From contig JBGANV010000004.1 in NCBI GenBank assembly GCA_044222185.1, forward strand, positions 472,608 through 536,607: a DNA stretch of 64,000 nucleotides, written 5' to 3'. Origin of the DNA: Planctomycetota bacterium (GTDB lineage Bacteria > Planctomycetota > GCA-002687715 > CAIWVZ01). A model generated the notes under the pieces. The model had not been told where the DNA came from and made no database searches. It worked only from the letters and a program-made list of their open reading frames with translations. The translations under genes and the position numbers were made by a program. Below are positions 19,546 to 30,538 of this stretch, piece by piece (positions within the stretch are counted from its first letter, which is position 1; every line of letters starts with the position of its first letter).

Positions 19546-20364
19546 GTGTCCAAATCCATCCTGATCGGTGTTGCCCTGGCGGCGTTGGTCGTCGGGGGTT
19601 GCGGCAGCAAGAAAGAAGGCGGCGCGGGCACCGGAGGGAGCGGCGGTGGTGGCGCGGCGAAGCCGGAGGCGTCGGCACCCCAGGCTGAAGTCAAGCTCGA
19701 CGCGGCGACGGCCGGCGTCATCAAGGGCAAGGTGACCCTCAAGGGCACGGCCCCGAAGATGAAGGAGATCGACTACGGCGCGAAGGAGCAGGAGTGCCTC
19801 GCCGGGTCGGGCAAGGGCAGCGAGGAGTGGTGCGTGGTGGGCGACGGCAACGCGCTCGCGAACGTCATCGTCACCGTCAAGAAGGGTCCGGCCCTCGGTG
19901 TGAAGACGCCGGTCCCGTCCGAGCCGGTCGTCATCGACCAGCTGCACTGCAAGTACGTCCCTCACGTCGCTGCGATGCGCGCGGGCCAGACGATGATCGT
20001 GAAGAGCAGTGACAAGACGCAGCACAACGTCCACATGACGAGCAAGCTCAACGGCGAGCGCAACCTGTCGATGAACGAGCCGGGCGAGATCAAGCTCGAA
20101 GGCGACAAGGCCATCTCCTTGGCAGAATCGCCGAAGGACCTGCGATTCAAGTGTGACGTGCACCCCTGGATGGGTGCCTACATCGGCGCGTTCAAGCACG
20201 ACTATTTCTCGGTCACGAAGCTCGACGGCGCGTTCGAGCTCAAGAACCTGCCGCCGGGCGACTACGAAATCGAGGCCTGGCACGAGCGGTTCAAGTCGAA
20301 GCCGGCCAAGGTCACGGTTGGCGCGAAGGAAACGAAGGACGTCAACTTCGAACTCGAGCAGTGA
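19546..20364 (+). CDS. Lipoprotein with cupredoxin-like and carboxypeptidase-regulatory-like domains
   Basis: GAGGAG RBS; lipobox 'VVGGC'; 'HNVH' and 'CDVHPWM'; 'LPPGDYEIEAWHE'. Confidence 0.75.
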   Translation: MSKSILIGVALAALVVGGCGSKKEGGAGTGGSGGGGAAKPEASAPQAEVKLDAATAGVIKGKVTLKGTAPKMKEIDYGAKEQECLAGSGKGSEEWCVVGDGNALANVIVTVKKGPALGVKTPVPSEPVVIDQLHCKYVPHVAAMRAGQTMIVKSSDKTQHNVHMTSKLNGERNLSMNEPGEIKLEGDKAISLAESPKDLRFKCDVHPWMGAYIGAFKHDYFSVTKLDGAFELKNLPPGDYEIEAWHERFKSKPAKVTVGAKETKDVNFELEQ

Positions 20365-20422
20365 TCGCAGGCGCGGATCGGTCCCGGCCCCTCGTTCAGA
20401 ACCCGCGGAGTTTCATCGTCTC

Positions 20423-21457
20423 ATGAAGCGTCTTCTTCGCGTCATTTGCCCGCTCGTGGCCTTCCTGGTCACCGTAGCGGTTCCGGCCGTCGCCCAGGAT
20501 GACGGCCACGCGCCGGCGACCTACTGGCTGCCGCCGCGTTCGTCGAACGATCAGGTACCGGTCCGGATCGATCACCTCTTCAGCGTCATCCTCTGGTTGA
20601 CGTCCGTCGTGATGATCGCCGTCTTCATCACGCTCATCTATTTCCTGCTGAAGTACCGCGCTCGCCCGGGACGGCGCGGCACGTTCACGCACGGCAACCA
20701 CTCGCTCGAACTCATCTGGACGATCGTGCCCGCGTGCATCCTCGTCTGGCTGGGCATCACCCAGGTACCGGACTGGAACCGTGCCAAGGTGCCGTCCCAG
20801 TTCCCGGACGCGAGCCAGGCGACGGTCGTGCGCGTCTTTGCGCAGCAGTTCGACTGGAACTTCCGTCAGGCCGGAATCGACGGCAAGTTCGAGAGCTACG
20901 ACAACGCCAAGGCGAAGGACGAGTGGAAGGCGTCGAAGAACGATCCGACGAAGGCGATGATCGAGGAGTTCGACCCGCTCGCCGACAAGTACTTCGGCGC
21001 CGAGGACGACGACGACATCGTCATGAGCAGCCTCGTCGTTCCCGTCGGCAAGCCGGTGCTCATCGAATTGCGGGCGGCCGACGTGACTCACGCGATATTC
21101 CTCCCGGAGTTCCGCCTGAAGCAGGATGCGGTTCCCGGCAAGCCGATGCCCGTCTGGTTCATGCCCTCGAAGGTCGGCGAGTACGAAATCGCGTGCGCCG
21201 AGCTCTGCGGCAACAATCACACGACCATGCGCGCCTGGCTGAAGGTCGTGACGCAGGACGAATGGGAGAACGGCGTCAAGGACCCGAACACCCGAGTCAA
21301 ATGGGCGGGCTTCAAGAAGGAATCGGAGAAGCACAACGGCACCGTCGATCGCGGTGGCGAGAACGTGTGGAAGAACTGGTTCCGCCAGGATCCCGTGAGG
21401 CCGTGGAACGAGCTGCGGCTCGAGAAGCAACTTCTGACGGGCCCGAAGAGCGAGTGA
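20423..21457 (+). CDS. coxB: Cytochrome c oxidase subunit II
   Basis: 'LELIWTIVP', 'DVTH', CuA motif 'CAELCGNNHTTM'; no CxxCH. Confidence 0.93.
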   Translation: MKRLLRVICPLVAFLVTVAVPAVAQDDGHAPATYWLPPRSSNDQVPVRIDHLFSVILWLTSVVMIAVFITLIYFLLKYRARPGRRGTFTHGNHSLELIWTIVPACILVWLGITQVPDWNRAKVPSQFPDASQATVVRVFAQQFDWNFRQAGIDGKFESYDNAKAKDEWKASKNDPTKAMIEEFDPLADKYFGAEDDDDIVMSSLVVPVGKPVLIELRAADVTHAIFLPEFRLKQDAVPGKPMPVWFMPSKVGEYEIACAELCGNNHTTMRAWLKVVTQDEWENGVKDPNTRVKWAGFKKESEKHNGTVDRGGENVWKNWFRQDPVRPWNELRLEKQLLTGPKSE

Positions 21458-21464
21458 TTTCGAA

Positions 21465-23222
<1,758 letters not shown>

Positions 23223-23225
23223 TCG

Positions 23226-24149
23226 TTGTCGACGCACGTCACAGCCATGCCGGCTGAACCCGAACACGCCTCCGCCTCGCCGCGGGGGCGTGGTCGTTTT
23301 GCGGCCGCGCTCGTCGGGGCCACTCTTTTCCTCATTTTCTACGGAGGACAGGTCACCACGACGTTGTCGGGTGACAGCGTCCCGAGTTGGCCTGCGTCGT
23401 TCTTCCTCCCGGCCGACAAGCATCAGTTCTGGGAGCTGGGGCATCGTTGGGTCGCTGGCACCGTCGGGCTCCTGACCGTCGCCCTGGCGGTGGTCGTTTT
23501 CGGCACGGACCGACGGCGCGGAGTGCGTTGGCTCGCTGGCAGCAGCGTCGCCGCGGTGATCGTGCAGGCGCTGATCGGCGGGCTCCGCGTCCGTCTCGGC
23601 CTCGAGCACTCGAACGTCGTCCCGATCATCCACACGATGCTCGGTCAGACGTTCTTCGCGCTCGTCGTGGCCCTCGCCGCCGTCCTTCGGCCGCTTTGGC
23701 TTTCCGGGATCCCGGCGACCGCCGCGCTCGCGACGTCCGTCGTTCGGGGGCGCGCTCGGGCCCTGCTCGTCATGGTGTGGTGCCAGATCCTGCTTGGCGC
23801 GATCCTGCGCCACGCGACGCAGGACAAGACCGCCCTCGGAACCATCGCTCACATCCTCGGCGCGGTGGCGACGGTGATCTTCGGCGCGCGACTGGTCGCC
23901 TCGGTCGTGATCGGCCTGCCGGCGGACTCGGTCTTGCGGCGTCCCGCGTTGTGGCTTGCTGGCGCACTCGGCGTCCAACTCCTGCTGGGACTCGGTGCGT
24001 TCCTCGTGACCCACACGGCGACGGGGTACGTCAATCCGCAGGACGTCCTGTCGTTGCTGCCGACCCTTCACCTCGTGCTCGGGTCGACCATCCTGGGACT
24101 CGGCGTCTTGATCCTGCTCCGCGCCTTCCGCCACCATCGCCCGCGCTGA
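23226..24149 (+). CDS. ctaA: Heme A synthase (COX15/CtaA family)
   Basis: 'ELGHR', 'QALIGGLRV', several TM His residues; directly after coxA. Start TTG 23226 or ATG 23247. Confidence 0.8.
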   Translation: MSTHVTAMPAEPEHASASPRGRGRFAAALVGATLFLIFYGGQVTTTLSGDSVPSWPASFFLPADKHQFWELGHRWVAGTVGLLTVALAVVVFGTDRRRGVRWLAGSSVAAVIVQALIGGLRVRLGLEHSNVVPIIHTMLGQTFFALVVALAAVLRPLWLSGIPATAALATSVVRGRARALLVMVWCQILLGAILRHATQDKTALGTIAHILGAVATVIFGARLVASVVIGLPADSVLRRPALWLAGALGVQLLLGLGAFLVTHTATGYVNPQDVLSLLPTLHLVLGSTILGLGVLILLRAFRHHRPR

Positions 24150-24195
24150 CCATTCGCGGTTACCGTGGTGCCGCGCGCGCGAGCGCGAACCCGTC

Positions 24196-25077
24196 ATGTC
24201 GTCCGAATCCCGCCCGATCCTCCCACTCCGCGCCTGGCTCGACCTGGCCAAGCTCCGGCTGAACGCGCTCGTCGTGTTCGCGGTCGGAGCCACGTTCGTG
24301 ATCGCCGAGCGCGGGGAGATTCACTGGCTGCGGCTCATTTCGACGGTCGCGGGAGCCACACTGACGGCCTCCGCCAGCAGCGCCTTGAACATGGCGATCG
24401 AGCACGACTTCGATGCGCTGATGCAGCGCACGCAGCAGCGGCCGATTCCGCGCGGGGCGATCGGTCGTCGAGCAGCCATCGCGTTCGGGGCCGCGCTCGC
24501 CCTGTCGGGCCTTGCGATCCTGGTCGTCTTCGTGAACCCGACCGCGACGCTCGTCGCCGCGGCGACGCTCGGCATCTATCTGGGCGTCTACACGCCGCTG
24601 AAACGGCGCACCACGTTGAACACCATCGTCGGCGCGGTGCCCGGCGCGCTTCCCGTGATGCTCGGGTGGGCGGGCGCGCGGGGCAACGTCCACGATCCCG
24701 ACGTGTGGGCGCTGTGCGGTGTGCTCTTCCTGTGGCAGATCCCGCACTTCCTTGCGATCGCGCGACGCCACAGGGAAGACTACGCCCGCGGTGGCTTCCG
24801 CATGCTTCCAGTCGTCGACCCCGAGGGAATCACCATCGGGCGCCAGGTGGTCCTCTATTCCGCGGCAATCCTGCCGCTGAGCCTGCTGCCCGTCCGGACT
24901 GGGCTCGCGGGCGGCTACTACTGCGCGGTCGCCATCGCAGCCGGGCTGCTCCTCATCGGATTCTCTCTGGACCACGCCGTCGAGCGCGGGGCCGACTCGG
25001 CTCGGCGCCTCTTCCGTGCGACCCTCGCGTACATCCCGATCGTCTGGCTGGCGCTGCTCTTCGACAAACAGACCTGA
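24196..25077 (+). CDS. ctaB: Protoheme IX farnesyltransferase (heme O synthase)
   Basis: 'DALMQRTQQRPIP', 'YTPLKR', 'GAVPGA', 'LWQIPHF', 'EDY' motifs. Confidence 0.95.
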   Translation: MSSESRPILPLRAWLDLAKLRLNALVVFAVGATFVIAERGEIHWLRLISTVAGATLTASASSALNMAIEHDFDALMQRTQQRPIPRGAIGRRAAIAFGAALALSGLAILVVFVNPTATLVAAATLGIYLGVYTPLKRRTTLNTIVGAVPGALPVMLGWAGARGNVHDPDVWALCGVLFLWQIPHFLAIARRHREDYARGGFRMLPVVDPEGITIGRQVVLYSAAILPLSLLPVRTGLAGGYYCAVAIAAGLLLIGFSLDHAVERGADSARRLFRATLAYIPIVWLALLFDKQT

Positions 25078-25191
25078 GCGGCGACCTCCAGTCGGGTTTG
25101 CCGACGAGTGAGGCCGCGCCCAGACCCGTGGCGCTGGCTCCTCTCCTCGCTATCCTGCACCGGTTTTTCCACCGCCAGGAGTCACGTGCCG

Positions 25192-25815
25192 ATGAGCGAC
25201 CCCGGAGTTCTCTACCGGATTCCCGATTCCGGTCCGCCGATCTCGCGCGGCCGATTCGCGCTGTACCTGTGGCTCGTCTGCGAGACCATGGTCTTCGTCG
25301 GTCTGCTCGGTGCGTTCGTGGTGACGCGTTTCAGCAACGCGCGGATGTGGCCGCCGTCCTACGAAGGGCCTCACAACACGATCGTCACGCCGCCGCTCGT
25401 GGGACTCGCGGCGCCGGTCGCGAACGCCATCGTCTTGGGCCTCCTGATGGCGGTGATCGTGTCCGCAAGGCGTCCGGCACGTCAGGGCGACGTCCTCGGC
25501 ACACAGAAGAGGCTGATGGTGGTGACGACGCTCGGCATCACCTTCCTCGCGATCATGGCCTACGAGTTCGTCCATGAAGCGAGTCGAGGGCTGACCCTCA
25601 CCTCCGGACAGTACGGCGCATACATCGTCGTGATCTCGGCGGTCCACGGTCTGCACGTGCTCGCCGGGGTGATCTGGCAGTTCCTGTCCGGCGGCGCCAG
25701 GCTGAGGATGCCGCTGGGTGGGGTCGACGTGGAACGCGTCGAGCAGCTCTGCGTGTACTGGGGATTCGTCGCCGTCGCGTGGGCCGTGCTGCTTCTGCTC
25801 CTCTACATCCTGTGA
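25192..25815 (+). CDS. Cytochrome c oxidase subunit III-like protein (divergent copy)
   Basis: 'LWLVCETMVF', 'HGLHV', 'YWGFV' are variants of Cox3 motifs. Confidence 0.8.
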   Translation: MSDPGVLYRIPDSGPPISRGRFALYLWLVCETMVFVGLLGAFVVTRFSNARMWPPSYEGPHNTIVTPPLVGLAAPVANAIVLGLLMAVIVSARRPARQGDVLGTQKRLMVVTTLGITFLAIMAYEFVHEASRGLTLTSGQYGAYIVVISAVHGLHVLAGVIWQFLSGGARLRMPLGGVDVERVEQLCVYWGFVAVAWAVLLLLLYIL

Positions 25816-26789
25816 CCGGGGAGCCAGCCATCCAGGTCTGCGACCTGCGCGTGCGCTACGGCGAGACCGAGGCCCTCAAAGGGGTCTCGTTCGACGTCGA
25901 GCGCGGCGTCATCTTCGGCCTGCTCGGTCCGAACGGCGGGGGAAAGACCACGCTGTTCCGAGTGCTTTCGACCTTGCTTCGCCCGACTTCGGGAGGGGCC
26001 CGGGTCGGTGGATTCGACGTCACATCGCAGGCGGCCGACGTTCGCCGGCACCTTGGAGTCGTCTTCCAGTCGCCGGGACTCGACAAGGTCCTGACGGTTG
26101 CGGAGAACCTGCGCTTCCACGGAGCCCTCTTCGGCCTCGCGGGGGCCGATCTGGAGCGTCGTATCGGTGACGCTCTGACGCGCGTCGGACTCGCCGATCA
26201 TCTCGGTGCGCGTGTGAGCACGCTTTCGGGCGGCATGAAACGGCGCGTCGAGATCGCCAAGGGCATCGTGCCCAACCCGACGATCCTCCTCCTGGACGAG
26301 CCGACGACCGGCCTCGATCCCGGCGCGCGGCGGGACGTCTGGGCCTACCTGGCGGAGCTTCGCGACCGCTCGGGCGTCACCTGCCTCGTCACCACACACT
26401 TGATGGAAGAGGCCGAGAAGTGCGATCGGCTGGCGATCCTCCATCGTGGGAGCCTCGTGGCCGGGGGAACTCCCGACGAGCTCCGCAACTCGATCGGCGG
26501 CGACATCGTCAGCGTGGAGACCGCAGACGCCGGATCGCTCGCTACGCGGGTATCCGCGCAGTTCGACGTGGCCGCGGTTTCCGACGAATCCACCGTTCGC
26601 TTCGAGTGTGCGGACGCCCACCGCGTGGTGCCTCGGTTGTTCGACGCGTTCCCGGGAGAGATCCGGTCGCTCCGAATCGGGAAGCCGACGCTCGAGGACG
26701 TGTTCCTGAAACGCACCGGGCACCGATTCCTCGACGGTCAAGCCGACGGTGAGCCCGCGGTCGACAGGGCCAGGAGGAGGCACCGATGA
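25812..26789 (+). CDS. ABC transporter ATP-binding protein
   Basis: GPNGGGKT, LSGGM, LLLDEPT; GTGA overlap with the upstream gene. Confidence 0.95.
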   Translation: MTGEPAIQVCDLRVRYGETEALKGVSFDVERGVIFGLLGPNGGGKTTLFRVLSTLLRPTSGGARVGGFDVTSQAADVRRHLGVVFQSPGLDKVLTVAENLRFHGALFGLAGADLERRIGDALTRVGLADHLGARVSTLSGGMKRRVEIAKGIVPNPTILLLDEPTTGLDPGARRDVWAYLAELRDRSGVTCLVTTHLMEEAEKCDRLAILHRGSLVAGGTPDELRNSIGGDIVSVETADAGSLATRVSAQFDVAAVSDESTVRFECADAHRVVPRLFDAFPGEIRSLRIGKPTLEDVFLKRTGHRFLDGQADGEPAVDRARRRHR

Positions 26790-27589
26790 GTCGCCTGGTC
26801 GGACCTGGACTGGCCCTGTGGCGGCGTGAAGTCATTCGCTTCTTTCGCCAACCGAGCCGCGTCGTCGGCGTGCTCGGAACTGCACTCGTGTTCTGGGCGA
26901 TCCTCGGATTTGGCCTCTCCGACTCGTTTCGTTGGGGTGGCGCGGAGCGACCCCTCGAGGCCGGCGGATACCAGGCGTACTTCTTCCCCGGCATCCTGGC
27001 GATGATCCTCTTGTTCACGGCGATCTTCTCGAGCTTCTCCCTGATCGAAGATCGCAACGAAGGGTTCCTCCAGGGCGTGCTCGTGGCGCCCGTGCATCCG
27101 GGAGCCATCGTTCTCGGCAAGCTGCTCGGGGGGACGACGATCGCGACGCTCCAGGGCGCGTTGTTCCTCCTGCTTGCACCCACCGTCCACATCCCGGTCG
27201 GTCTCGCCAGCGCCGCGCAGGCGATCGTCGTCATGATCGTCGTTTCGTTCGGGCTGAGCGGGCTGGGATTCTGCGCTGCCTGGTGGTTCAACTCGGTCCA
27301 GGGCTTCCACGGCGTGATGAACCTCGTGCTGATGCCGATGTGGTTCCTGTCAGGAGCCATTTTTCCGTCGGACGGCGCGCATGCGGTGATCCGGTTCACG
27401 ATGGCGTTGAACCCCATGACCTACGGTGTGGCCGCGCTGCGTGGCGCGCTCTGGCCGGCGAGCGTCGTGAACCACGCCGATCTGCCGTCGGTCCTGTCCG
27501 GCCTCTCCGTCAGCGTGGTCTTCGCTGCCGTGGCGTTCACGGCGGCCATGGGAATCGCGCGCCGTGTTTCCGCGAGGAACCTCGCATGA
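26786..27589 (+). CDS. ABC-2 type permease
   Basis: 6 TM helices; 'FFPGIL', 'EDRNEGFL', 'FLSGAIFP', 'NPMTY'. Confidence 0.92.
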   Translation: MSRLVGPGLALWRREVIRFFRQPSRVVGVLGTALVFWAILGFGLSDSFRWGGAERPLEAGGYQAYFFPGILAMILLFTAIFSSFSLIEDRNEGFLQGVLVAPVHPGAIVLGKLLGGTTIATLQGALFLLLAPTVHIPVGLASAAQAIVVMIVVSFGLSGLGFCAAWWFNSVQGFHGVMNLVLMPMWFLSGAIFPSDGAHAVIRFTMALNPMTYGVAALRGALWPASVVNHADLPSVLSGLSVSVVFAAVAFTAAMGIARRVSARNLA

Positions 27590-28260
27590 ACGAACTGAAC
27601 CCGTCACCGGCCGTCGAGTCATCCAAGGGACCGCCCATCGGGAAACTGATCGTCGCCCTTTTCGTCCTCATGGGCGTCGCTGCCGGGGTGTTGCGCGTGA
27701 TCGACCGGAATCGGGCCTACGAGAACGCGGTCAAGACCGCGGCCCCGCAGTCGGCCGCGGATCTGCCGGTTCTCGCGACCGTTCCCGACTTCGCGTTGAC
27801 CGATCAGGACGGCCGTCCTGTGAGCGTCGCGTCCCTGCGCGGGAAGGTCTGGGTCGCGGACGTCTTCTACACCTATTGCCGCGGAATCTGCGTCGACATG
27901 AGCCGGGAGATGTCGAAACTCCACGGTGAATACGCGGGCCGGGCCGAGCCGCTGTTCGTTTCCGTGACGTCCGACCCGGGTCGCGACAAGCCCTCGGTGC
28001 TCAAGGACTATTCCGAGCTCTACAAGGCCGACACGTCGCGGTGGATGTTCCTGACGGGCGACCTCGACACCATCCACAACGTCGTCACCAAGGGCTTCCT
28101 CCTCTCCAACAAGAAGGGTGAGCCGGAGGGGCACAGCTGGCGTTTCGTGCTGATCGACCGCGACGGGAAGCTCCGCGGGGTGTACGACAGCAAGGAAAAG
28201 GACCGCCTGATGGAGCTGCGGCGCGACATCTCCTTCCTCCTGAAAGCGACGAAATCCTGA
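27586..28260 (+). CDS. SCO family copper chaperone
   Basis: 'FYTYCRGIC' (CxxxC), 'DPGRD', distal His in 'GHSWRF'; ATGA overlap places the start at 27586. Confidence 0.9.
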   Translation: MNELNPSPAVESSKGPPIGKLIVALFVLMGVAAGVLRVIDRNRAYENAVKTAAPQSAADLPVLATVPDFALTDQDGRPVSVASLRGKVWVADVFYTYCRGICVDMSREMSKLHGEYAGRAEPLFVSVTSDPGRDKPSVLKDYSELYKADTSRWMFLTGDLDTIHNVVTKGFLLSNKKGEPEGHSWRFVLIDRDGKLRGVYDSKEKDRLMELRRDISFLLKATKS

Positions 28261-28261
28261 C

Positions 28262-28684
28262 GTGGACTGGACGATTCTTCCGGCGGTCAACGCCACCCTG
28301 AACGCGACGTCGGCCGTACTGATCGTGACCGGGCTCGTCCTGATCCGCCGGGGCCGGCGCGAGTTGCACGCCCGAGTGATGGCCGCGGCTGTGGGCGTCT
28401 CGGCCCTCTTCCTCGTGAGCTATCTCCTGCACAAGGCCATGGTTGGGCCCCGAGCGTTTGGCCACGAAGGGGAGGGGGTTCGGACCTTCTACCTGGCGCT
28501 GCTCGGGAGTCACACGATCCTCGCGGCGGCGATCGTGCCCATGGTGATCGTGACGGTCCTGCGGGCGCGCCGCGGAGACTTCGTGAAGCACAAGCGCCTC
28601 GCGCGCTGGACGGCGCCGATCTGGCTGTACGTGTCGGTGACCGGGGTCCTCGTCTACTTCATGCTCTATCGGTGGTACGCCTGA
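28262..28684 (+). CDS. DUF420 family membrane protein (CtaM-like)
   Basis: 'LPAVNATLN', 'FLVSY', 'HKRLARWTAPIWLYVSVTG'. Confidence 0.9.
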   Translation: MDWTILPAVNATLNATSAVLIVTGLVLIRRGRRELHARVMAAAVGVSALFLVSYLLHKAMVGPRAFGHEGEGVRTFYLALLGSHTILAAAIVPMVIVTVLRARRGDFVKHKRLARWTAPIWLYVSVTGVLVYFMLYRWYA

Positions 28685-28733
28685 AGGAGTGGTCCTGGGC
28701 GTCGACGCGGCACACGGCTACACTGCGCCCCTC

Positions 28734-28979
28734 ATGGTGACCCTCCGCCGCATCCTTCCGAGCCTGGTCGTCTTCCTGGTCGTCGCAGCCGTCTCGGCCG
28801 CTCCGGCTCACGGATGCCCACGGTGCAAGGACGGGCTTTCGGCATTCGAGCAGGATGCCTGGTTCTGGAGCATCGTCTGCATGGCGTTCTCGCCGTTCAT
28901 CGTGGGCTTGAGTGTGGTCGGCGTCCTGGTTCGCGCCTCCAAGAAGGCCGCGGCCGCCGGCGTCGTCGATGGGCGATGA
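28734..28979 (+). CDS. Small exported/membrane protein with CxxC (81 aa)
   Basis: Signal peptide, 'AHGCPRCK', C-terminal TM helix; last gene of this cox transcript. Confidence 0.6.
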   Translation: MVTLRRILPSLVVFLVVAAVSAAPAHGCPRCKDGLSAFEQDAWFWSIVCMAFSPFIVGLSVVGVLVRASKKAAAAGVVDGR

Positions 28980-29042
28980 GGGATTCGAACCCCCGACCGA
29001 CCGCGTGTAAGGCGGACGCTCTAACCGCTGAGCTAATCGCCC
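28970..29042 (-). tRNA. tRNA-Val(TAC)
   Basis: Cloverleaf GGGCGAT/ATCGCCC, D-arm GCTC/GAGC, anticodon loop CTTACAC, TTCGAAT T-loop; CCA not encoded. Confidence 0.95.
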
Positions 29043-29311
29043 GGTCGGCGGCGTTGTAACACGGGCCATTTTTGCCCGGCCGGACCCCGCCGCCACCCCC
29101 CGTTTGGAACTTCCGGCGGAGTCTGGAGTCTTGCGACGACCGTGAGACAATACCGGCCTCATGCCCGGGCGGGGTGCGTTCGTCGACGCAGCCCACTCGG
29201 ATCGAATCGGTTCGGCGGGGTGACATCGCAGGTCCTCCTCGCGTCTGGCCGATGGGAGAAAGGTTGTGATCCCGGTCGGCCGTCGGTCGAGCGTGGGACA
29301 AGGAGTGACGC

Positions 29312-29965
29312 GTGAGCACAGCGGCAGTCGCTGATCATCACGGCCATGACGTGGCCATCCCGGTCGAGAAGACGCCCTTCGGCGTGACGAACGGCAAGTT
29401 CGCGATGTGGCTCTTCCTGTGCCAGGACTGCATGGGATTCGTGGGCCTGTTCGCCGCGTACACGGCGACGCGCGTTCTCGCGTCCAAGTGGCCCGACCCG
29501 AACGAGATGCTGGGCATCACGTTCACGGCCATCATGACGTTCGTCCTGATCTGCTCGTCAGTCACCATGGTGCTCGCGCACGATGCCTGCACGAAGAACG
29601 ACCAGGCCGGCCTGAAGAAGTGGCTCGGGTTGACCATCCTCGGCGGCGCCTTCTTCCTCTGCGGTCAGGTGTACGAGTACTCGCACCTGATTCTCGTGGA
29701 GGGCATCGAGCCGAGCCTCCACAACTTCTGGGCGACGTTCTTCTCGCTCACGAGCTTCCACGGGCTCCACGTCCTTGGCGGCGTCATCTACCTGTCCTGC
29801 ATGTGGATCGGTGCGGCGCGCGGGAAGTACGGCCCGAAGAACGCGACCCCCATCGAGATCGTCGGCCTCTATTGGCACTTCGTCGACCTCGTGTGGATCC
29901 TCCTCTTCACCTTCGTGTACCTGCTGCCGCCGGCGCACAACGCCATCCTTCACCTTCCGCACTGA
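29312..29965 (+). CDS. ctaE: Cytochrome c oxidase subunit III
   Basis: AGGAG RBS; 'MWLFL', 'TFVLICSS', 'FHGLHV', 'GLYWHFVDLVWI'. Confidence 0.92.
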   Translation: MSTAAVADHHGHDVAIPVEKTPFGVTNGKFAMWLFLCQDCMGFVGLFAAYTATRVLASKWPDPNEMLGITFTAIMTFVLICSSVTMVLAHDACTKNDQAGLKKWLGLTILGGAFFLCGQVYEYSHLILVEGIEPSLHNFWATFFSLTSFHGLHVLGGVIYLSCMWIGAARGKYGPKNATPIEIVGLYWHFVDLVWILLFTFVYLLPPAHNAILHLPH

Positions 29966-29988
29966 ACTCGCACTGGAGTGATGTCGAC

Positions 29989-30297
29989 GTGAGTGACTCT
30001 GAACACGACGCGGGCGCACACGGCTCGCACAAGAAGATCTATCTCCAAATCTTCGGCTGGCTCGTCCTGCTGACGGTCGTCGAACTGCTCTTCGTGAAGA
30101 TGTTCACGGGCGCCGGACTGGTGATCATGCTGGTCGGGGCGGCCGTGACGAAGGCGGCGCTCGTCGCCATGTACTTCATGCACCTGCGCTTCGACAAGCG
30201 GACTCTGGCGATGGTCGCCTGCATGCCGCTGCTGTTCGCCACGATCCTCGTGATCGGGCTGATGCCGGACTCGGCACATTGGGGCCTGCGCGGGTAG
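29989..30297 (+). CDS. Cytochrome c oxidase subunit IV (CtaF-like)
   Basis: 'YLQIFGWLVLLTVVE', 'KAALVAMYFMHLRFD'; GTG start at 29989 after GGAG. Confidence 0.9.
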   Translation: MSDSEHDAGAHGSHKKIYLQIFGWLVLLTVVELLFVKMFTGAGLVIMLVGAAVTKAALVAMYFMHLRFDKRTLAMVACMPLLFATILVIGLMPDSAHWGLRG

Positions 30298-30324
30298 TCA
30301 CTCCCGCCGCGCCGGGCGGCTCAA

Positions 30325-30480
30325 ATGAATGCCGATCGCGAACCGCCCGTGCCCGCTCCCGCCTCCGCCCAGGATCCGTCCGATCGACGCCTGTGGCGCC
30401 TTCTCATCCTTCTCATCTCGCTGGGGTTCCTGGTGGGAATCGGCGTCCTCGTCCTCGCCATCCGGCTCGACTGGACCTGA
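30325..30480 (+). CDS. Small single-pass membrane protein (51 aa), not in the ORF track
   Basis: MNADREPPVPAPASAQDPSDRRLWRLLILLISLGFLVGIGVLVLAIRLDWT*; fills the gap between the subunit IV gene and ugd. Confidence 0.5.
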   Translation: MNADREPPVPAPASAQDPSDRRLWRLLILLISLGFLVGIGVLVLAIRLDWT

Positions 30481-30538
30481 CGCCTGAGCCTGGCCGAATG
30501 AACTCCCATGGAGGCGCCCTCTCGGGCTCTTGCCGCAC

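Noticed and set aside
26932-27585. Apparent long N-terminal extension of SCO (likewise CoxB from 20153, subunit IV from 29407, FG-GAP from 11912)
   Set aside because: The extensions overlap other genes or repeats; downstream starts with RBS, stop-start overlaps or signal peptides fit better.
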